In this document: piece after piece, positions 18,478-29,363 of the stretch
Layout of the letters: every line of letters starts with the position of its first letter
Position numbering within the stretch: position 1 is the first letter of the stretch
DNA from: an uncultured archaeon
GTDB taxonomy: Archaea > Thermoplasmatota > Thermoplasmata > Thermoplasmatales > Thermoplasmataceae
Direction: 5' to 3'
Assembly (NCBI GenBank): GCA_000965745.1
Contig: CP009479.1
Span: forward strand, 2,112,001-2,176,000
DNA length: 64,000 nucleotides
Made by a program: the position numbers and the translations under genes
The notes under the pieces: model-generated
Told to the model about the DNA's origin: nothing
Seen by the model: only the letters and a program-made list of their open reading frames with translations
The model's database searches: none

Positions 18478-19254
18478 TTAGGTCCCGAACCTCCTGCTCC
18501 TGACCTGATAGGCGGATATCGCCCTGAGAAAATCTATTCTTGTCAGGTCCGGCCAGTTAACATCTGAGAAGTAGAGTTCGGAATAGGCTGACTGCCAAAG
18601 CAGAAAATTTGAAATGCGTTCTTCACCACTGGTTCTCAGTATCAGATCCGGGTCGGGCAGTGATCCGTCGTACAGATATTCCCTGAACTTCTCCTCGTCT
18701 ATATCATCGGGCTCAAGCTTTCCTTCCTTTACGAGCCCGGCAATTGCCCTTATAGCGTTTATTATTTCTCCCCTTCCGCTGTATCCGATCGCAAGGTTGA
18801 ACCTGAACTTGTCATGCCTCTTCGTTGTTTCCTCCGTCAGCTTTATTGTTTCCCTGAGGTAATCCGGGAGTTTTGATACATCGCCGATCACCCTGACGTT
18901 GATCCTGTTCCTGAAAATGCGTTCATCGTTGAGAAGGTCAATGAATGCATCGTTTATCATCCTGAAAAGAAAATCCACCTCTCCTGAATCACGGTTGAAG
19001 TTTTCAGTGGAAAATGCGTATACCGTAACTATCCTTATGCCCAGGTCCATGCACCATTGAAGCACTTCCTCCAACTTGTCTTTCCCCCTGACATGGCCTT
19101 CATTCTCCGGTATGCCTGCATGCCTGGCATATCTCCTGTTGCCGTCAGTAATGATTCCAAGGTGTCCTGGAAGCGGGCTTTTCTTTATTTCCTCCATAAG
19201 GACTTTCTCGTAAACTTCAGAAGCCAGTGTTCCGATTCTCTCCGTAATTCCCAT
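18478..19254 (-). CDS. uppS: cis-prenyltransferase (undecaprenyl diphosphate synthase)
   Basis: IITDGNRRYA, FSTENFNR, RTSGEERISNFLLWQ. Confidence 0.96.
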   Translation of the reverse strand: MGITERIGTLASEVYEKVLMEEIKKSPLPGHLGIITDGNRRYARHAGIPENEGHVRGKDKLEEVLQWCMDLGIRIVTVYAFSTENFNRDSGEVDFLFRMINDAFIDLLNDERIFRNRINVRVIGDVSKLPDYLRETIKLTEETTKRHDKFRFNLAIGYSGRGEIINAIRAIAGLVKEGKLEPDDIDEEKFREYLYDGSLPDPDLILRTSGEERISNFLLWQSAYSELYFSDVNWPDLTRIDFLRAISAYQVRSRRFGT

Positions 19255-19347
19255 TTCCTGTTTTCAGAAATGAGAATTCGTATTTATATAAATCTCAAAC
19301 GGTTTGCTCAGCAGAGGATGGTTGATCGAGGAGGCAGGGCCATGCAC

Positions 19348-20301
19348 TCATACCTCCTTGACCAGTTCCAGGGAATACATGTATTCCTCTCTGGAATACC
19401 CGTGGACCTCTCTCTTGGACTTCAGGGTCAGCCCCATATCCCTCAACTCAGACATCCGCCCTGCTATGCCTGCGACCGTATTCACCTCGTAGAAATTTAT
19501 TGTCCCGCCTCGCTTCAGGGACTTCATTGCTTTAGATACAAATGGAAAAGCGCCGTGGGGAAGGTTCATTATGATCCTGTCCACGCCTGTGTACTTTTCA
19601 ACCTCTGCACCCGAATCCCCAAGTACAGGCTCTACAGTCCCCTTGAGCCTGTTGCGCCTGATGTTTTCCTTGAGGAGGCCGATGGCACTCGGGTTGTGGT
19701 CTATTGAAATTATTCTGCATTCGTGGTTTCTTGCTATGAGGACAGAGAATGGGCCGATTCCTGCAAAGAGGTCTATGATTAGCTCCCCATCCTTGACGCT
19801 GTCAGATACACGCATTCTTTCAGTCGCAAGCCTCGGCGAGAAGTATGCCTTCTCCACGTCAACAAGCAGTTCAATCCCGTTTTCCCTGTAAAGCGTTGTT
19901 CTGGATTCCTCGCCAGCAAGAAGAGTAAGTTTCCTTGTCCTGAATGGCCCCTGCACCCCATGGTCCAGGTACACGCTTCTTATACCGGGCCTCATGAGCA
20001 AATTTTCAGACAGGCTTACAGGGTCCCTGACATTGGATTTCTTCATCACAACAATGCTTCCTATGACGTCATAGCTGCCCTTAATACCTTCCGGCCGTGG
20101 CTTTCTGCTACTTGGCTTCCCATTGAGGAGGATAAGCTCCCCGTATTCGCTGGCCGAGGATTCTTTTCCCTCAGCTACAGGTATAAGCAAATGTTCCCCG
20201 GTGCGCATTATATCATAGTTGTCATCCATGGCTGAGAGTCTCCTCAGCATTCCTATGACTTCCTTGCCCTGAGATTTGTCAATCCGTAAATGATAATTCA
20301 T
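19348..20301 (-). CDS. trm5: Trm5/Met10-family tRNA methyltransferase
   Basis: YFSPRLATER, DLFAGIGPF, RIIMNLP. Confidence 0.85.
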   Translation of the reverse strand: MNYHLRIDKSQGKEVIGMLRRLSAMDDNYDIMRTGEHLLIPVAEGKESSASEYGELILLNGKPSSRKPRPEGIKGSYDVIGSIVVMKKSNVRDPVSLSENLLMRPGIRSVYLDHGVQGPFRTRKLTLLAGEESRTTLYRENGIELLVDVEKAYFSPRLATERMRVSDSVKDGELIIDLFAGIGPFSVLIARNHECRIISIDHNPSAIGLLKENIRRNRLKGTVEPVLGDSGAEVEKYTGVDRIIMNLPHGAFPFVSKAMKSLKRGGTINFYEVNTVAGIAGRMSELRDMGLTLKSKREVHGYSREEYMYSLELVKEV

Positions 20302-22364
20302 CTGTTTGCCCTTTCAATCACGCTTTTTGCATACCTTATAGTGTCCCTGGAGAGCCGGTCTGAGAATCCGAAGATCTTTGAGATTTGCTCGACCCTGGCG
20401 GTAGAAACTGAATATATGGAGTTGAAACCGCTCTGATACAGCCTTCTCCCCCTTACCCTCCCTATCCCGGGAATGGTGGTGAGTTCTATGACATCCTCCC
20501 TTACGCCTTCCTTTATCCTCAGGTTCAGCCTCTCGAGGGATGTCCTGATCTCAGCCTTATAGAGGGATGACAGCCTTGAGAGGGAATATGATATCCACTC
20601 CGCGGAACTGACCCTCATCTGGAGGTCCCCGGGCCCAATATCGTAAGTCTCAGTGATGTCATTCATGCTTCGTTCATCAATCCAGTCCTTCAGAACCATT
20701 GCTGTGAGGGCGGCGGAAAGAGACTCCTCCTCGTATTCTTCTATCCCCGCCTGGTCCATGAAGTGCTCGATCAGCGGAAGGTTTCCGTTCCTGTATCTCA
20801 TCGGGATCATGTCAGGAGTCCTGCAGATATAGTAAAGTGCAAGCTCCTCGCTGTGGGGTTTCTCGAAATATTTTTTCAGTACTATTGCAGACCTCGGATC
20901 TATGTACAGGTCGCTGACCATTTTCCCGAAAGTGGATACCTGCCATAAACCCAGTTTTTTCCTGATGAATTCGTTTTCCTCGAGAAAAGTCATGGTTTCT
21001 GACACCGGAAGCCTGAGGCTCTCCACGTCGTTCTGCACCCCGAACAGGGTGTTATGAAAGAAGTTCAATATGGAATCCTCATTTGTCGCTATGCCCGTAG
21101 CCATCAGTGCAAGTACGTTGAAAGGAAGGTACTTGAACTCTCCAAGTGCTGAGTTTACGGGTTCAACTTCACCGTCCATGTACTCATTTGCCTTTTCCAG
21201 GGCACGTTCCGTTCCTGCATAAACGAGTGCTTCACCCTCCTTGTCGTATTTTGGCCGGCCTGCCCTTCCCAGCATCTGCTGGATTTCCATATTGGGAAGA
21301 TATGTGCTGTATCCGTCGCTGAATCTGCTTATGTCCCTTACTATTACGGTCCTTGCAGGAAGGTTTATTCCAGCGGCCAGGGTAGGAGTCGCGACTATAA
21401 CCTTCAGCTTCTTTGAGATGAATCCTTTTTCCACCTTGCCCCTCTGCTCAGTTGACAGCCCCGCGTGATGGAAGCAGACTCCTTTGCCGATGAGCTCGTT
21501 TACAACATCAGAATACCTGTCGCTCTCTGCGAATGGATCCCTCTCGTTTACTGCGGGGTCCGGGCTTATCTCAAGAAATGTGGAAAGCGCCCTCGCTAGT
21601 TGCTCCGCCTTCTTCCTGGAGCTGACAAAAACCAGTGCCTGGCCTCCACCGTCAATGCTGCGCCTTACCGACTCAACCACTTCATTCCCTTTGTGCAGCT
21701 TAACGGTCTCCCCGTCCATGAACTCCAGTGTGCCCTTTGCCAGGATGCCATATTTGAGCGGCACCGGCCTGAAGTCGCTTACAACTTTCTCTGCCTTAAG
21801 CCATTCCGAGACATCCTCATGGTTTGATATCGTGGCAGAAAGGGCCATTATTGACATGTCCGGGTTCAGATGAAGTGCCGAAGACAGAACCATCTCCACC
21901 CTTGACCCCCTGTTTGGGTCTCCTACGAGATGTACCTCATCGGCAACGATCAGGCCAAGATTGTAAAGCATGCTCGGGTCGTGCCTGATCATGGAATCTG
22001 CTTTTTCCGACGTGCAGACCAGAACATCATACCTGTTGAGAATGGACGGCCCACTGTCATAGTCCCCTATGGAGATTCCGACTTTCAACCCAAGGGCTTC
22101 GAGCTTTTTCAGTTCCTGGTACTTTTCAGATGCAAGAGCCCTGAGTGGCACCATGTACATTGACCTCAGACCCTTCCGGAACATTTCATAGATTGCCGCA
22201 TAGGCTATCAGGGTCTTTCCTGACGCGGTTGGGACTGATACGAGCACATTGCTTCCATTCCTGAATTTCAGGATTGCATCCTCCTGGTGCGGGTAGAGTT
22301 CAAAATCGTTCCTGTCAAACAGTTCCATGAAATTTTCCGGGAATCCTAGATCGCTTATTTTCAT
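20298..22364 (-). CDS. hel308: Ski2-like DNA helicase Hel308/Hjm
   Basis: PTASGKT, DEVH, SAT, HHAGL, QMLGRAGRP, C-terminal HhH GIGRVRGRRLY. Confidence 0.95.
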   Translation of the reverse strand: MKISDLGFPENFMELFDRNDFELYPHQEDAILKFRNGSNVLVSVPTASGKTLIAYAAIYEMFRKGLRSMYMVPLRALASEKYQELKKLEALGLKVGISIGDYDSGPSILNRYDVLVCTSEKADSMIRHDPSMLYNLGLIVADEVHLVGDPNRGSRVEMVLSSALHLNPDMSIMALSATISNHEDVSEWLKAEKVVSDFRPVPLKYGILAKGTLEFMDGETVKLHKGNEVVESVRRSIDGGGQALVFVSSRKKAEQLARALSTFLEISPDPAVNERDPFAESDRYSDVVNELIGKGVCFHHAGLSTEQRGKVEKGFISKKLKVIVATPTLAAGINLPARTVIVRDISRFSDGYSTYLPNMEIQQMLGRAGRPKYDKEGEALVYAGTERALEKANEYMDGEVEPVNSALGEFKYLPFNVLALMATGIATNEDSILNFFHNTLFGVQNDVESLRLPVSETMTFLEENEFIRKKLGLWQVSTFGKMVSDLYIDPRSAIVLKKYFEKPHSEELALYYICRTPDMIPMRYRNGNLPLIEHFMDQAGIEEYEEESLSAALTAMVLKDWIDERSMNDITETYDIGPGDLQMRVSSAEWISYSLSRLSSLYKAEIRTSLERLNLRIKEGVREDVIELTTIPGIGRVRGRRLYQSGFNSIYSVSTARVEQISKIFGFSDRLSRDTIRYAKSVIERANR

Positions 22365-22629
22365 TGGGCTGGTTCCTGATTTCTTCACTGAAGATAATAC
22401 TGATCTCCATTGCCAGTCAGCATATTAACCTGAAACCGGGGCATGAGACTGTGACTGCGCTGCTGTCCTGTGCGGCCAACGGTGGGAACCAGCCTGAAAT
22501 CCAAGCCAGTAGAGCATCAAAATGATCCAAAATAATATAGATGATTCTGGAATAGTGGAGTGCATATAACAGCCAGTACAGGGTGTTGTCAGGCAACATT
22601 CTGTAGTGCAACAAAGCAGGTGTATAACT

Positions 22630-23856
22630 ATGAATAAAGGATACTTGAGGCTACAATGGGCAAGAGAGCATATGCCTGTTGTGTCGGAGATAAGGAAAAG
22701 GTTTGTTGATGAGCAGCCCTTCAAGGGAGTGAAGATCGGGATGGCCCTGCACGTTGAGGCGAAGACCGGCATACTGGCACTCCTGCTCAAGGAGGGCGGG
22801 GCAGAAATCAAAATGGCTTCATGCAACCCCCTAAGCACTGACGATTCCGTTGTGGAATCCTTGAGAAACGACTACAAGGTTGATGTCTACGCGAAAAAAG
22901 GTGAGACGGAGGAAGAGTATTATGAATATCTCAACAAGGTGCTCGACCTTGAGCCCAACGTGATAATAGACGATGGCGGGGACCTTACCAAGCTCGTCCT
23001 TCTTGACAGAAAAGACCTCCAGAAGAATGTAATCGGGGGGAACGAGGAAACGACCACCGGAGTCGTGAGGCTTAAGGCCATGGAAAATGATGGCGCCCTC
23101 AAGTTCCCAATGTTTGACATCAATGATGCACAGATGAAGCATTTCTTTGATAACCGCTACGGAACAGGGCAGAGTACCCTTGACGGAATAATGAGTGCCA
23201 CAAACATCCTCATTGCGGGAAAGCATGTTGTTGTTGCAGGCTACGGTTATTGTGGCAGGGGCATAGCAATGAGAATGAAGGGTCTCGGTGCAAGAGTCAC
23301 GGTGACCGAGGTTGACCCGGTGAAGGCAGTTGAAGCGATCATGGACGGATTCAACGTGGAAAAAATGGGTGAAGCCATAAAGACTGCCGACATGGTAGTA
23401 ACTGCAACGGGGATGAAGGGGGTCGTAACCTATGACAACCTGGTAAATGCCAAGTCCGGCCTCATACTTTCAAACGCGGGGCACTTCAACAACGAGCTTC
23501 CCTTTGATGACCTCCAGAAGAGGTCAGCGGAGAAGCTGCAGGTTAGAGACAGCGTCACAAGATACAAGCTTGAGAATGGGAAGCTCATAAATCTCATTGC
23601 AGATGGCAGGCTTGTGAACCTTGCCGCAGGGCAGGGACACCCAGTGGAGATAATGGACATGAGCTTTGCCCTTCAGGCGCTGGTTGCAGAGTATCTCGTG
23701 AAGAACTACAAATCGCTGGACAATAAGGTATATCCTGTTCCTGATGAGATAGACCACGGGGTTGCAGAAATTAAGCTTAAATCACTTGGCCTTAGCATAG
23801 ATGCCCTTTCTGATGAGCAGATCAAGTACCAGTCAAGCTGGGAAGAGGGAACATGA
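22630..23856 (+). CDS. ahcY: S-adenosylhomocysteine hydrolase
   Basis: SCNPLST, EETTTG, FDNRYGTGQS, GRLVNL..GHP; SD AGGTG before ATG 22630. Confidence 0.97.
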   Translation: MNKGYLRLQWAREHMPVVSEIRKRFVDEQPFKGVKIGMALHVEAKTGILALLLKEGGAEIKMASCNPLSTDDSVVESLRNDYKVDVYAKKGETEEEYYEYLNKVLDLEPNVIIDDGGDLTKLVLLDRKDLQKNVIGGNEETTTGVVRLKAMENDGALKFPMFDINDAQMKHFFDNRYGTGQSTLDGIMSATNILIAGKHVVVAGYGYCGRGIAMRMKGLGARVTVTEVDPVKAVEAIMDGFNVEKMGEAIKTADMVVTATGMKGVVTYDNLVNAKSGLILSNAGHFNNELPFDDLQKRSAEKLQVRDSVTRYKLENGKLINLIADGRLVNLAAGQGHPVEIMDMSFALQALVAEYLVKNYKSLDNKVYPVPDEIDHGVAEIKLKSLGLSIDALSDEQIKYQSSWEEGT

Positions 23857-25064
23857 AGAGGATAATGCTCATAGTTCTTGATGGGCTCGGAGACAGGCCA
23901 AACAAGGAGCTTGGCGGGAAAACTGCACTCCAGGCTGCATTCAGGCCGAACCTGAACTTCCTTGCATCCAATGGAACAAATGGCCTGATGTCCCCCGTAA
24001 GCCACGGCCTCAAGGTTGGTTCTGACACATCGCACCTTTCCCTCATAGGGTACGATCCGAGAGAATTCTATAGCGGAAGGGGCCCCTTCGAGGCAATGGG
24101 CCTCGGCATGGATGTAAGGCCCGGCGACGTGGCATTCAGGGCAAATTTTGGCACAAGGGAGAACGGCATTATAACAGACCGGAGGGCCGGAAGAATCCGG
24201 GATGGTAACTCAGAACTTTGCTCCAGCATAAACATGGAAATCGACGGTACCAGGTTCTTCGTAAAAGAAGGAGTTGAACACAGGGCCGCACTGGTCATCA
24301 GGGGATCGGGGCTCTCAGACAAGATCACGGATTCAGATCCTCACATCACCGGGAAGCCCGCGCAGGAAATTATGGCACTTGACAGGAGTGCGGAGCACAC
24401 AGCGCATGTACTGAACCAGTTTCTCGAAAGATCGAGGGAGATTCTTGACAGTTCGGATGTCAACAGGAGAAGGGAAGAGCGCGGCGAGCCCAGAGGAAAC
24501 GAGCTCCTCATAAGAGGTGCCGGAATGGCCCCTGTACTTCCGCCATTCGGCGAAAAGTATGGTATGAAGGGTGCTTGCGTTGTTGGCATACCCATGATCT
24601 CAGGGATATGCCAGCTTGTCGGAATGGATGTGATAAAGCATCCAGGTGCAACCGGCACTGTTGATACTGATTATTCCGGTAAGATCAGGACAGCGGTAAA
24701 AGCCCTAAAGGACCATGACTTTGTCCTTGTGAACATAAAGGCAACAGATATTGCCGGCCACGATGGCGACCCCATACTGAAGAGAGACGTGCTCGAGAAG
24801 ACCGACAGGGCTTTCGGGCCCCTCAGAGACATTCTCGGGGACACGGTCATTGCAATCACTGGAGACCACAGCACTCCCTGCTCCATTAAAGAGCATTCCG
24901 GGGACTCAGTTCCGATCACCTTCGTGACAGACGGCATAAGGAAGGACGGGGTGCGGTTCTACGACGAAATTTCGGCCCTGAAAGGAGAGTTGAGGATAAC
25001 AAGCAATGACACCATGAACTATCTTCTAGGGCTATCCGACAGAGCGGAAAAATATGGTGCCTGA
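23853..25064 (+). CDS. apgM: 2,3-bisphosphoglycerate-independent phosphoglycerate mutase, archaeal type
   Basis: LDGLGDRP, GSDTSHL, DIAGHDG, TGDHSTP. Confidence 0.95.
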   Translation: MKRIMLIVLDGLGDRPNKELGGKTALQAAFRPNLNFLASNGTNGLMSPVSHGLKVGSDTSHLSLIGYDPREFYSGRGPFEAMGLGMDVRPGDVAFRANFGTRENGIITDRRAGRIRDGNSELCSSINMEIDGTRFFVKEGVEHRAALVIRGSGLSDKITDSDPHITGKPAQEIMALDRSAEHTAHVLNQFLERSREILDSSDVNRRREERGEPRGNELLIRGAGMAPVLPPFGEKYGMKGACVVGIPMISGICQLVGMDVIKHPGATGTVDTDYSGKIRTAVKALKDHDFVLVNIKATDIAGHDGDPILKRDVLEKTDRAFGPLRDILGDTVIAITGDHSTPCSIKEHSGDSVPITFVTDGIRKDGVRFYDEISALKGELRITSNDTMNYLLGLSDRAEKYGA

Positions 25065-25136
25065 TCATTCCGGTTTGGCTGGTTTCTGTGTTCTGCAGAA
25101 CCAGTATTTTACTATGTTTTAGATTAATTCAATAAG

Positions 25137-25179
25137 TTTAAATAATTTGTAGGATTAGTACGTCTGACAAGTGTATGAC
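25137..25179 (+). promoter_or_regulatory. Promoter with two GTMNKAC boxes one helical turn apart
   Basis: TTTAAATA 25137-25144; GTCTGAC 25162-25168; GTATGAC 25173-25179. Confidence 0.5.
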
Positions 25180-25846
25180 ATCATGGAAGAGATCTAGGTT
25201 TAGCACCGCGAAGGAGAAATTGCGCGACTGGCAGATAGAGAAGGAATTTAAGAAGACGAGAAGAAAGCATCCTTTGATTTATTCGCAGAGAGCTGGAGTA
25301 TTCTATTCACTTGTGTTCGGCCTCCTCCTGTGGTGGATTCCTGTTGCCGGTCCTGCCGTTGCCGGATACCTTTCAGGCAGGAAGGCAGGCAGCGTTGCTA
25401 AAGCGTTGACTGCAAACCTTATCGCCACTGCTGTCATAGTACTGCTTACATTTTCACTTGTCCCGTTTACAGCAGGTCCCCTGGGATTTGCCGGGAACTA
25501 CCTCAGTTCCGGACTGCTTACACTTTCACAGTCTAAACTTGTCGCTGCTTCAAACATTCTGACTGATATGTATACAGGCTATGGAATCATCAGAACCTTT
25601 GCAATCATACTCCCGAGTTCACTAGTCACACTTCTGACTTTCGGTTACGTTGGAGGTTTCCACTCCTCTCTCAAGACCCAGGAAGAGAACTACTCAATGA
25701 GCTACATGGCCAAGAACGTGGATGAAAAGGTAGTTTCAAAGCACAGGAATGCACCCAGTGTCCAGGTAGTTAGAAGCGGAATAAAAGAATACAACTCAGG
25801 TGGAGACGACTCGGAAGACCGTTACAGCGGATGGTCCTACCTTTAA
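25175..25846 (+). CDS. Hypothetical membrane protein
   Basis: Basic N-terminus, Gly-rich TM segments (WWIPVAGPAVAGYLSG), polar C-tail. Confidence 0.75.
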   Translation: MTSWKRSRFSTAKEKLRDWQIEKEFKKTRRKHPLIYSQRAGVFYSLVFGLLLWWIPVAGPAVAGYLSGRKAGSVAKALTANLIATAVIVLLTFSLVPFTAGPLGFAGNYLSSGLLTLSQSKLVAASNILTDMYTGYGIIRTFAIILPSSLVTLLTFGYVGGFHSSLKTQEENYSMSYMAKNVDEKVVSKHRNAPSVQVVRSGIKEYNSGGDDSEDRYSGWSYL

Positions 25847-25952
25847 TCTTCAGCAGCTTCCGTTTATCCCCTCCATTTTTGTCCTTTCTGACTGACAGCA
25901 CATAGGATACTCTGGTAATTATTCATATATTGAGAGGCATATACCTCTTCAG

Positions 25953-27296
25953 ATGATCGACGTAAAGCTCTTGAGAGAGAAGCCAGACATATTTTACACG
26001 TCATGCAGGAATCGAGGCATTGGCACAGAGATTCTTGACACTTTCTTCATGCTGGATGAAGAATGGAGAGCTAACCAGAAGAAGATTAATGATCTCAGGC
26101 ACAGGCGCAACGAGATCACCCACGAGATATCAAGGCTTGTCAAGGAAGACAAAAATTCAACAGGAATAAGGGGACTGAAGTCTGATGTAAAAGAAGTGAA
26201 CGCAAGAATTGACAGCCTTGAGGAGGACAACAGGAAAATAGTTGACGACAGGGAAAGGGCCATTTGGTCAATTCCCAACGTTCTCGATGAAAATGCCCCC
26301 GTCTGCTTCGGGGATGAGAACAATGTTCCGGTAAGAACATGGGGCAAAGCTTCAGTCTTCGATGATGATCTGGACGATTTCATGAAAGAAAGCAGGAGAG
26401 AGATGGACTATGAAACCCTCAAGGCCAGGCCGGTCAGCCATGTGGACCTCATTGAAGACATGGGGCTTGTCGATCTTGCAAGGGCAGGGAAGATTGCCGG
26501 ATCGCGCTTCTACTTCCTGAAGAACAGGCTGCTGAAGCTCGAGATGGCGCTTATGAATTACACCGTAGATTATCTTTCCGAGCGTGGATTCTCTGTGGTG
26601 GAGCCTCCGTTGATGCTCAACCTGAAATCCATGGAGGGTGCCACTGACCTTGAGACCTTCAGTGAGACACTTTACAAGATCGAAGGTGAAGATCTCTACC
26701 TTATCTCCACGTCCGAACATCCCATAGCATCAATGTTAAGTGGAGAGTTCCTTGATGAATCGGAGCTGCCAATCAGGGTTGCAGGCATGTCTGTATGCTT
26801 CCGTAGAGAGGCAGGTTCACATGGAAAGGATACAAAGGGGATATTCAGGGTCCACCAGTTCAACAAAATTGAACAGTTCGTGTTCTGCAAGCCTGAGGAC
26901 TCGGGCGATTTCCTGAAGGAGATACTGGAGAACGCAGAGCAGATATACAGAAATCTAGGAATACCTTACAGGGTCGTGAACGTCTGTTCCGGAGAGCTTG
27001 GGAGGCTGGCTTCAATCAAGTATGACATTGAGGCATGGTTCCCTTCACAGGGCAAGTTCAGGGAAGTTGTGTCCGCATCCAATGACACTGATTATCAGGC
27101 AAGATCCCTGGCCATAAAGTACAGGGCCAGCGGTGGAAATGAATTTGTCCATACCCTCAACAGCACTGCCATCGCCTCGACCAGGACCCTTGTCGCAATC
27201 ATGGAGAATTTCCAGGAAGACGGCGGAAAGAGGATCAGGGTCCCTGCACCGCTTGTCCCCTATGCAGGATTTGAAACCATAGAAGGGGTGGACTGA
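25953..27296 (+). CDS. serS: Serine-tRNA ligase
   Basis: TSEHP, FRREAG..GIFRVHQF, REVVSASN, HTLNSTA. Confidence 0.97.
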   Translation: MIDVKLLREKPDIFYTSCRNRGIGTEILDTFFMLDEEWRANQKKINDLRHRRNEITHEISRLVKEDKNSTGIRGLKSDVKEVNARIDSLEEDNRKIVDDRERAIWSIPNVLDENAPVCFGDENNVPVRTWGKASVFDDDLDDFMKESRREMDYETLKARPVSHVDLIEDMGLVDLARAGKIAGSRFYFLKNRLLKLEMALMNYTVDYLSERGFSVVEPPLMLNLKSMEGATDLETFSETLYKIEGEDLYLISTSEHPIASMLSGEFLDESELPIRVAGMSVCFRREAGSHGKDTKGIFRVHQFNKIEQFVFCKPEDSGDFLKEILENAEQIYRNLGIPYRVVNVCSGELGRLASIKYDIEAWFPSQGKFREVVSASNDTDYQARSLAIKYRASGGNEFVHTLNSTAIASTRTLVAIMENFQEDGGKRIRVPAPLVPYAGFETIEGVD

Positions 27297-27763
27297 CCCT
27301 CCACGCTTTCCTCGCCGCTGTTTGAAGTTCTATGGTCCCGGCTGCATATTGAAGCAAAGTAATTCTTATCGGGAGATTAACAAAAACATGGGAGTTGCAC
27401 TCGACCGTTTCTCCTCTGTATTCCAGCATGACATGTTTTAAAAAGATCAGAAGCAGGTGGGGAAGGGAATTTCTTGTCCGGGGCTCACCCCATGGTCACG
27501 GGAATGCAGAGTCTTGGGGTGGCTTTTTAAGAAGTGATTTACAAAATCTCAGCCAGCCAATGAAACCGAAACCGGATTTGACACATTGAAGTGTTCTCCG
27601 GGAAAATTGATCGCCTTTCGTTGGGGCATAACAGTCAAGCATGTGAGTGTCTATTCCCTGCTGCGTTATTTGTATTGCTTTCCTTCCTGATTCGCGGTTC
27701 CTGCCGTTGAGTGAAGCTCACCCTGAAGCAGTCCTGAAATAAGAATTGTCTGTTTTTCAGACC

Positions 27764-29218
27764 TTATGTCTTGCGTTCTGCATAAGCATTCTTGGCCGCC
27801 GTTACTGAATATTTCTTCCAGCGGTCAAGCACAGGCAGATGGTCATCGGCCACCTGGTCCATAACGTTAAGGTAGGAAAGTATCCCATTAACTGCCCTGT
27901 CTGCGTCCCTTACTGCAGAAATCAGGTCTCTGTTCGGGTTTGTTGAATCTCCTCCTGAAAATACGCCCTTGATCGAAGTCATTCCGGCTTCGTCTATTAT
28001 GGGAGACCCCTGGGGCGTGAGCCTCAGTTGCCTCAAGTTTTCTTCCCCGATAAATGAATAATCGGTTTCCTGTCCGGTAGCTTCTATCACGCAGTCAGCG
28101 GGTATTGTGTGAACTTTGTCCTTCTGGGGCACCGGTTTTGCCCTGCCCCTGCCTTCTGTAACCATCTCGTTTACCCAGTACTTGACTGCCACGATTCTGT
28201 TGCCTTCCTTTACGTATTCAAACGGCGTGACTTCCCAGTCGTACTTGACGTTCTCTTCCAGAGATTCCTCCATTTCCTCGTCTGCATTCATTGAAGGATA
28301 ACCTGGGCGGTCAATCTCCCTTCTCCTGTACATTATGTGGACGTTTTCTGCCCCAAGCCTCATCGCTGTCCTGGAACAGTCGTTTGCAGTGAATCCTCCG
28401 CCCACAATCACGACGTTCTTCCCAACATCGATATGTTCCCCAAGGCTGACTCTCTTGAGGAATTCTATTCCATGGTACATGTTCTCTGCGTCGCTGCCCG
28501 GAGTTCCCGTCATCCTTGGCTTGTGGTTTCCTACTCCAACAAAGACCGCGTCGTAGTCCCTGGTGAGCTCTTCGAATGTGACTTCCTCGCCGATTCTTGT
28601 GTTGAGATGGACGTCAACTCCCTGGGAAGTAATGAAGCCAATCTCTTTTTCCAGAACGTCGTCAGGCAGCCTGTAACGCGGGATCCCTGTCTTCATGAAC
28701 CCACCAAGCGCAGGAAGTGACTCAAAAAGTGAGACTTTAACCCCCTGGATTGACAGGTAAAAAGCAACAGTGAGCCCGGCAGGCCCGCCCCCTATGATTG
28801 CCACTTTCTTGTCCAGGAATTTCTTCTTTGGTGTTTTTATTATCTGGGAATAGTCATCGAACTGGTCTGCTGCATATCTCTTCAGATGCCTGATGGCGAT
28901 TGGCCCACCCGTGTCATAAAGAACGCATATGTCTTCACACAGATGGGTGCATACTCTGCCTATGATGGCAGGAAATGGTAATGTTTCAAAGACGATTCTT
29001 ACTGTTTGTGCTGGATCACCTACTGCAGTGCTGTTAATATATCCGCCAATGTCGAGGCTTGCGGGACAGGCCTGAGTGCAAATGTTACAGCCTATGCACC
29101 TGCTGGCTTCGGCAACAGCTTCATGCTCAGTATACTCCAGAAGCGGTTCAACAGCGAATGTTTTTACCCTCTCTTCAGAAGGTTCATGCTTGATTTTCAC
29201 TCTCTCGAAATTGAGCAT
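27764..29218 (-). CDS. GltD/SudA/NfnB-like NAD(P)H-dependent Fe-S flavoprotein
   Basis: EASRCIGCNICTQACP, GRVCTHLCEDIC, GGGPAG, GIPRYRLP, GGGFTA.D, YRR; likely start ATG 29218 after a TTTATAA box. Confidence 0.88.
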   Translation of the reverse strand: MLNFERVKIKHEPSEERVKTFAVEPLLEYTEHEAVAEASRCIGCNICTQACPASLDIGGYINSTAVGDPAQTVRIVFETLPFPAIIGRVCTHLCEDICVLYDTGGPIAIRHLKRYAADQFDDYSQIIKTPKKKFLDKKVAIIGGGPAGLTVAFYLSIQGVKVSLFESLPALGGFMKTGIPRYRLPDDVLEKEIGFITSQGVDVHLNTRIGEEVTFEELTRDYDAVFVGVGNHKPRMTGTPGSDAENMYHGIEFLKRVSLGEHIDVGKNVVIVGGGFTANDCSRTAMRLGAENVHIMYRRREIDRPGYPSMNADEEMEESLEENVKYDWEVTPFEYVKEGNRIVAVKYWVNEMVTEGRGRAKPVPQKDKVHTIPADCVIEATGQETDYSFIGEENLRQLRLTPQGSPIIDEAGMTSIKGVFSGGDSTNPNRDLISAVRDADRAVNGILSYLNVMDQVADDHLPVLDRWKKYSVTAAKNAYAERKT

Positions 29219-29363
29219 ATTGGTGATCTGTTCATAATTATCACAAGCGTTATAAACGTTTTTTAGCAATCGGAGCATCAAAAACAGCGCGTTAATCCGA
29301 CTCATGGATGCATATATCTATCACCCGATCGGGGTATTTCCGAATTTCATACCGGGTTGCGGA

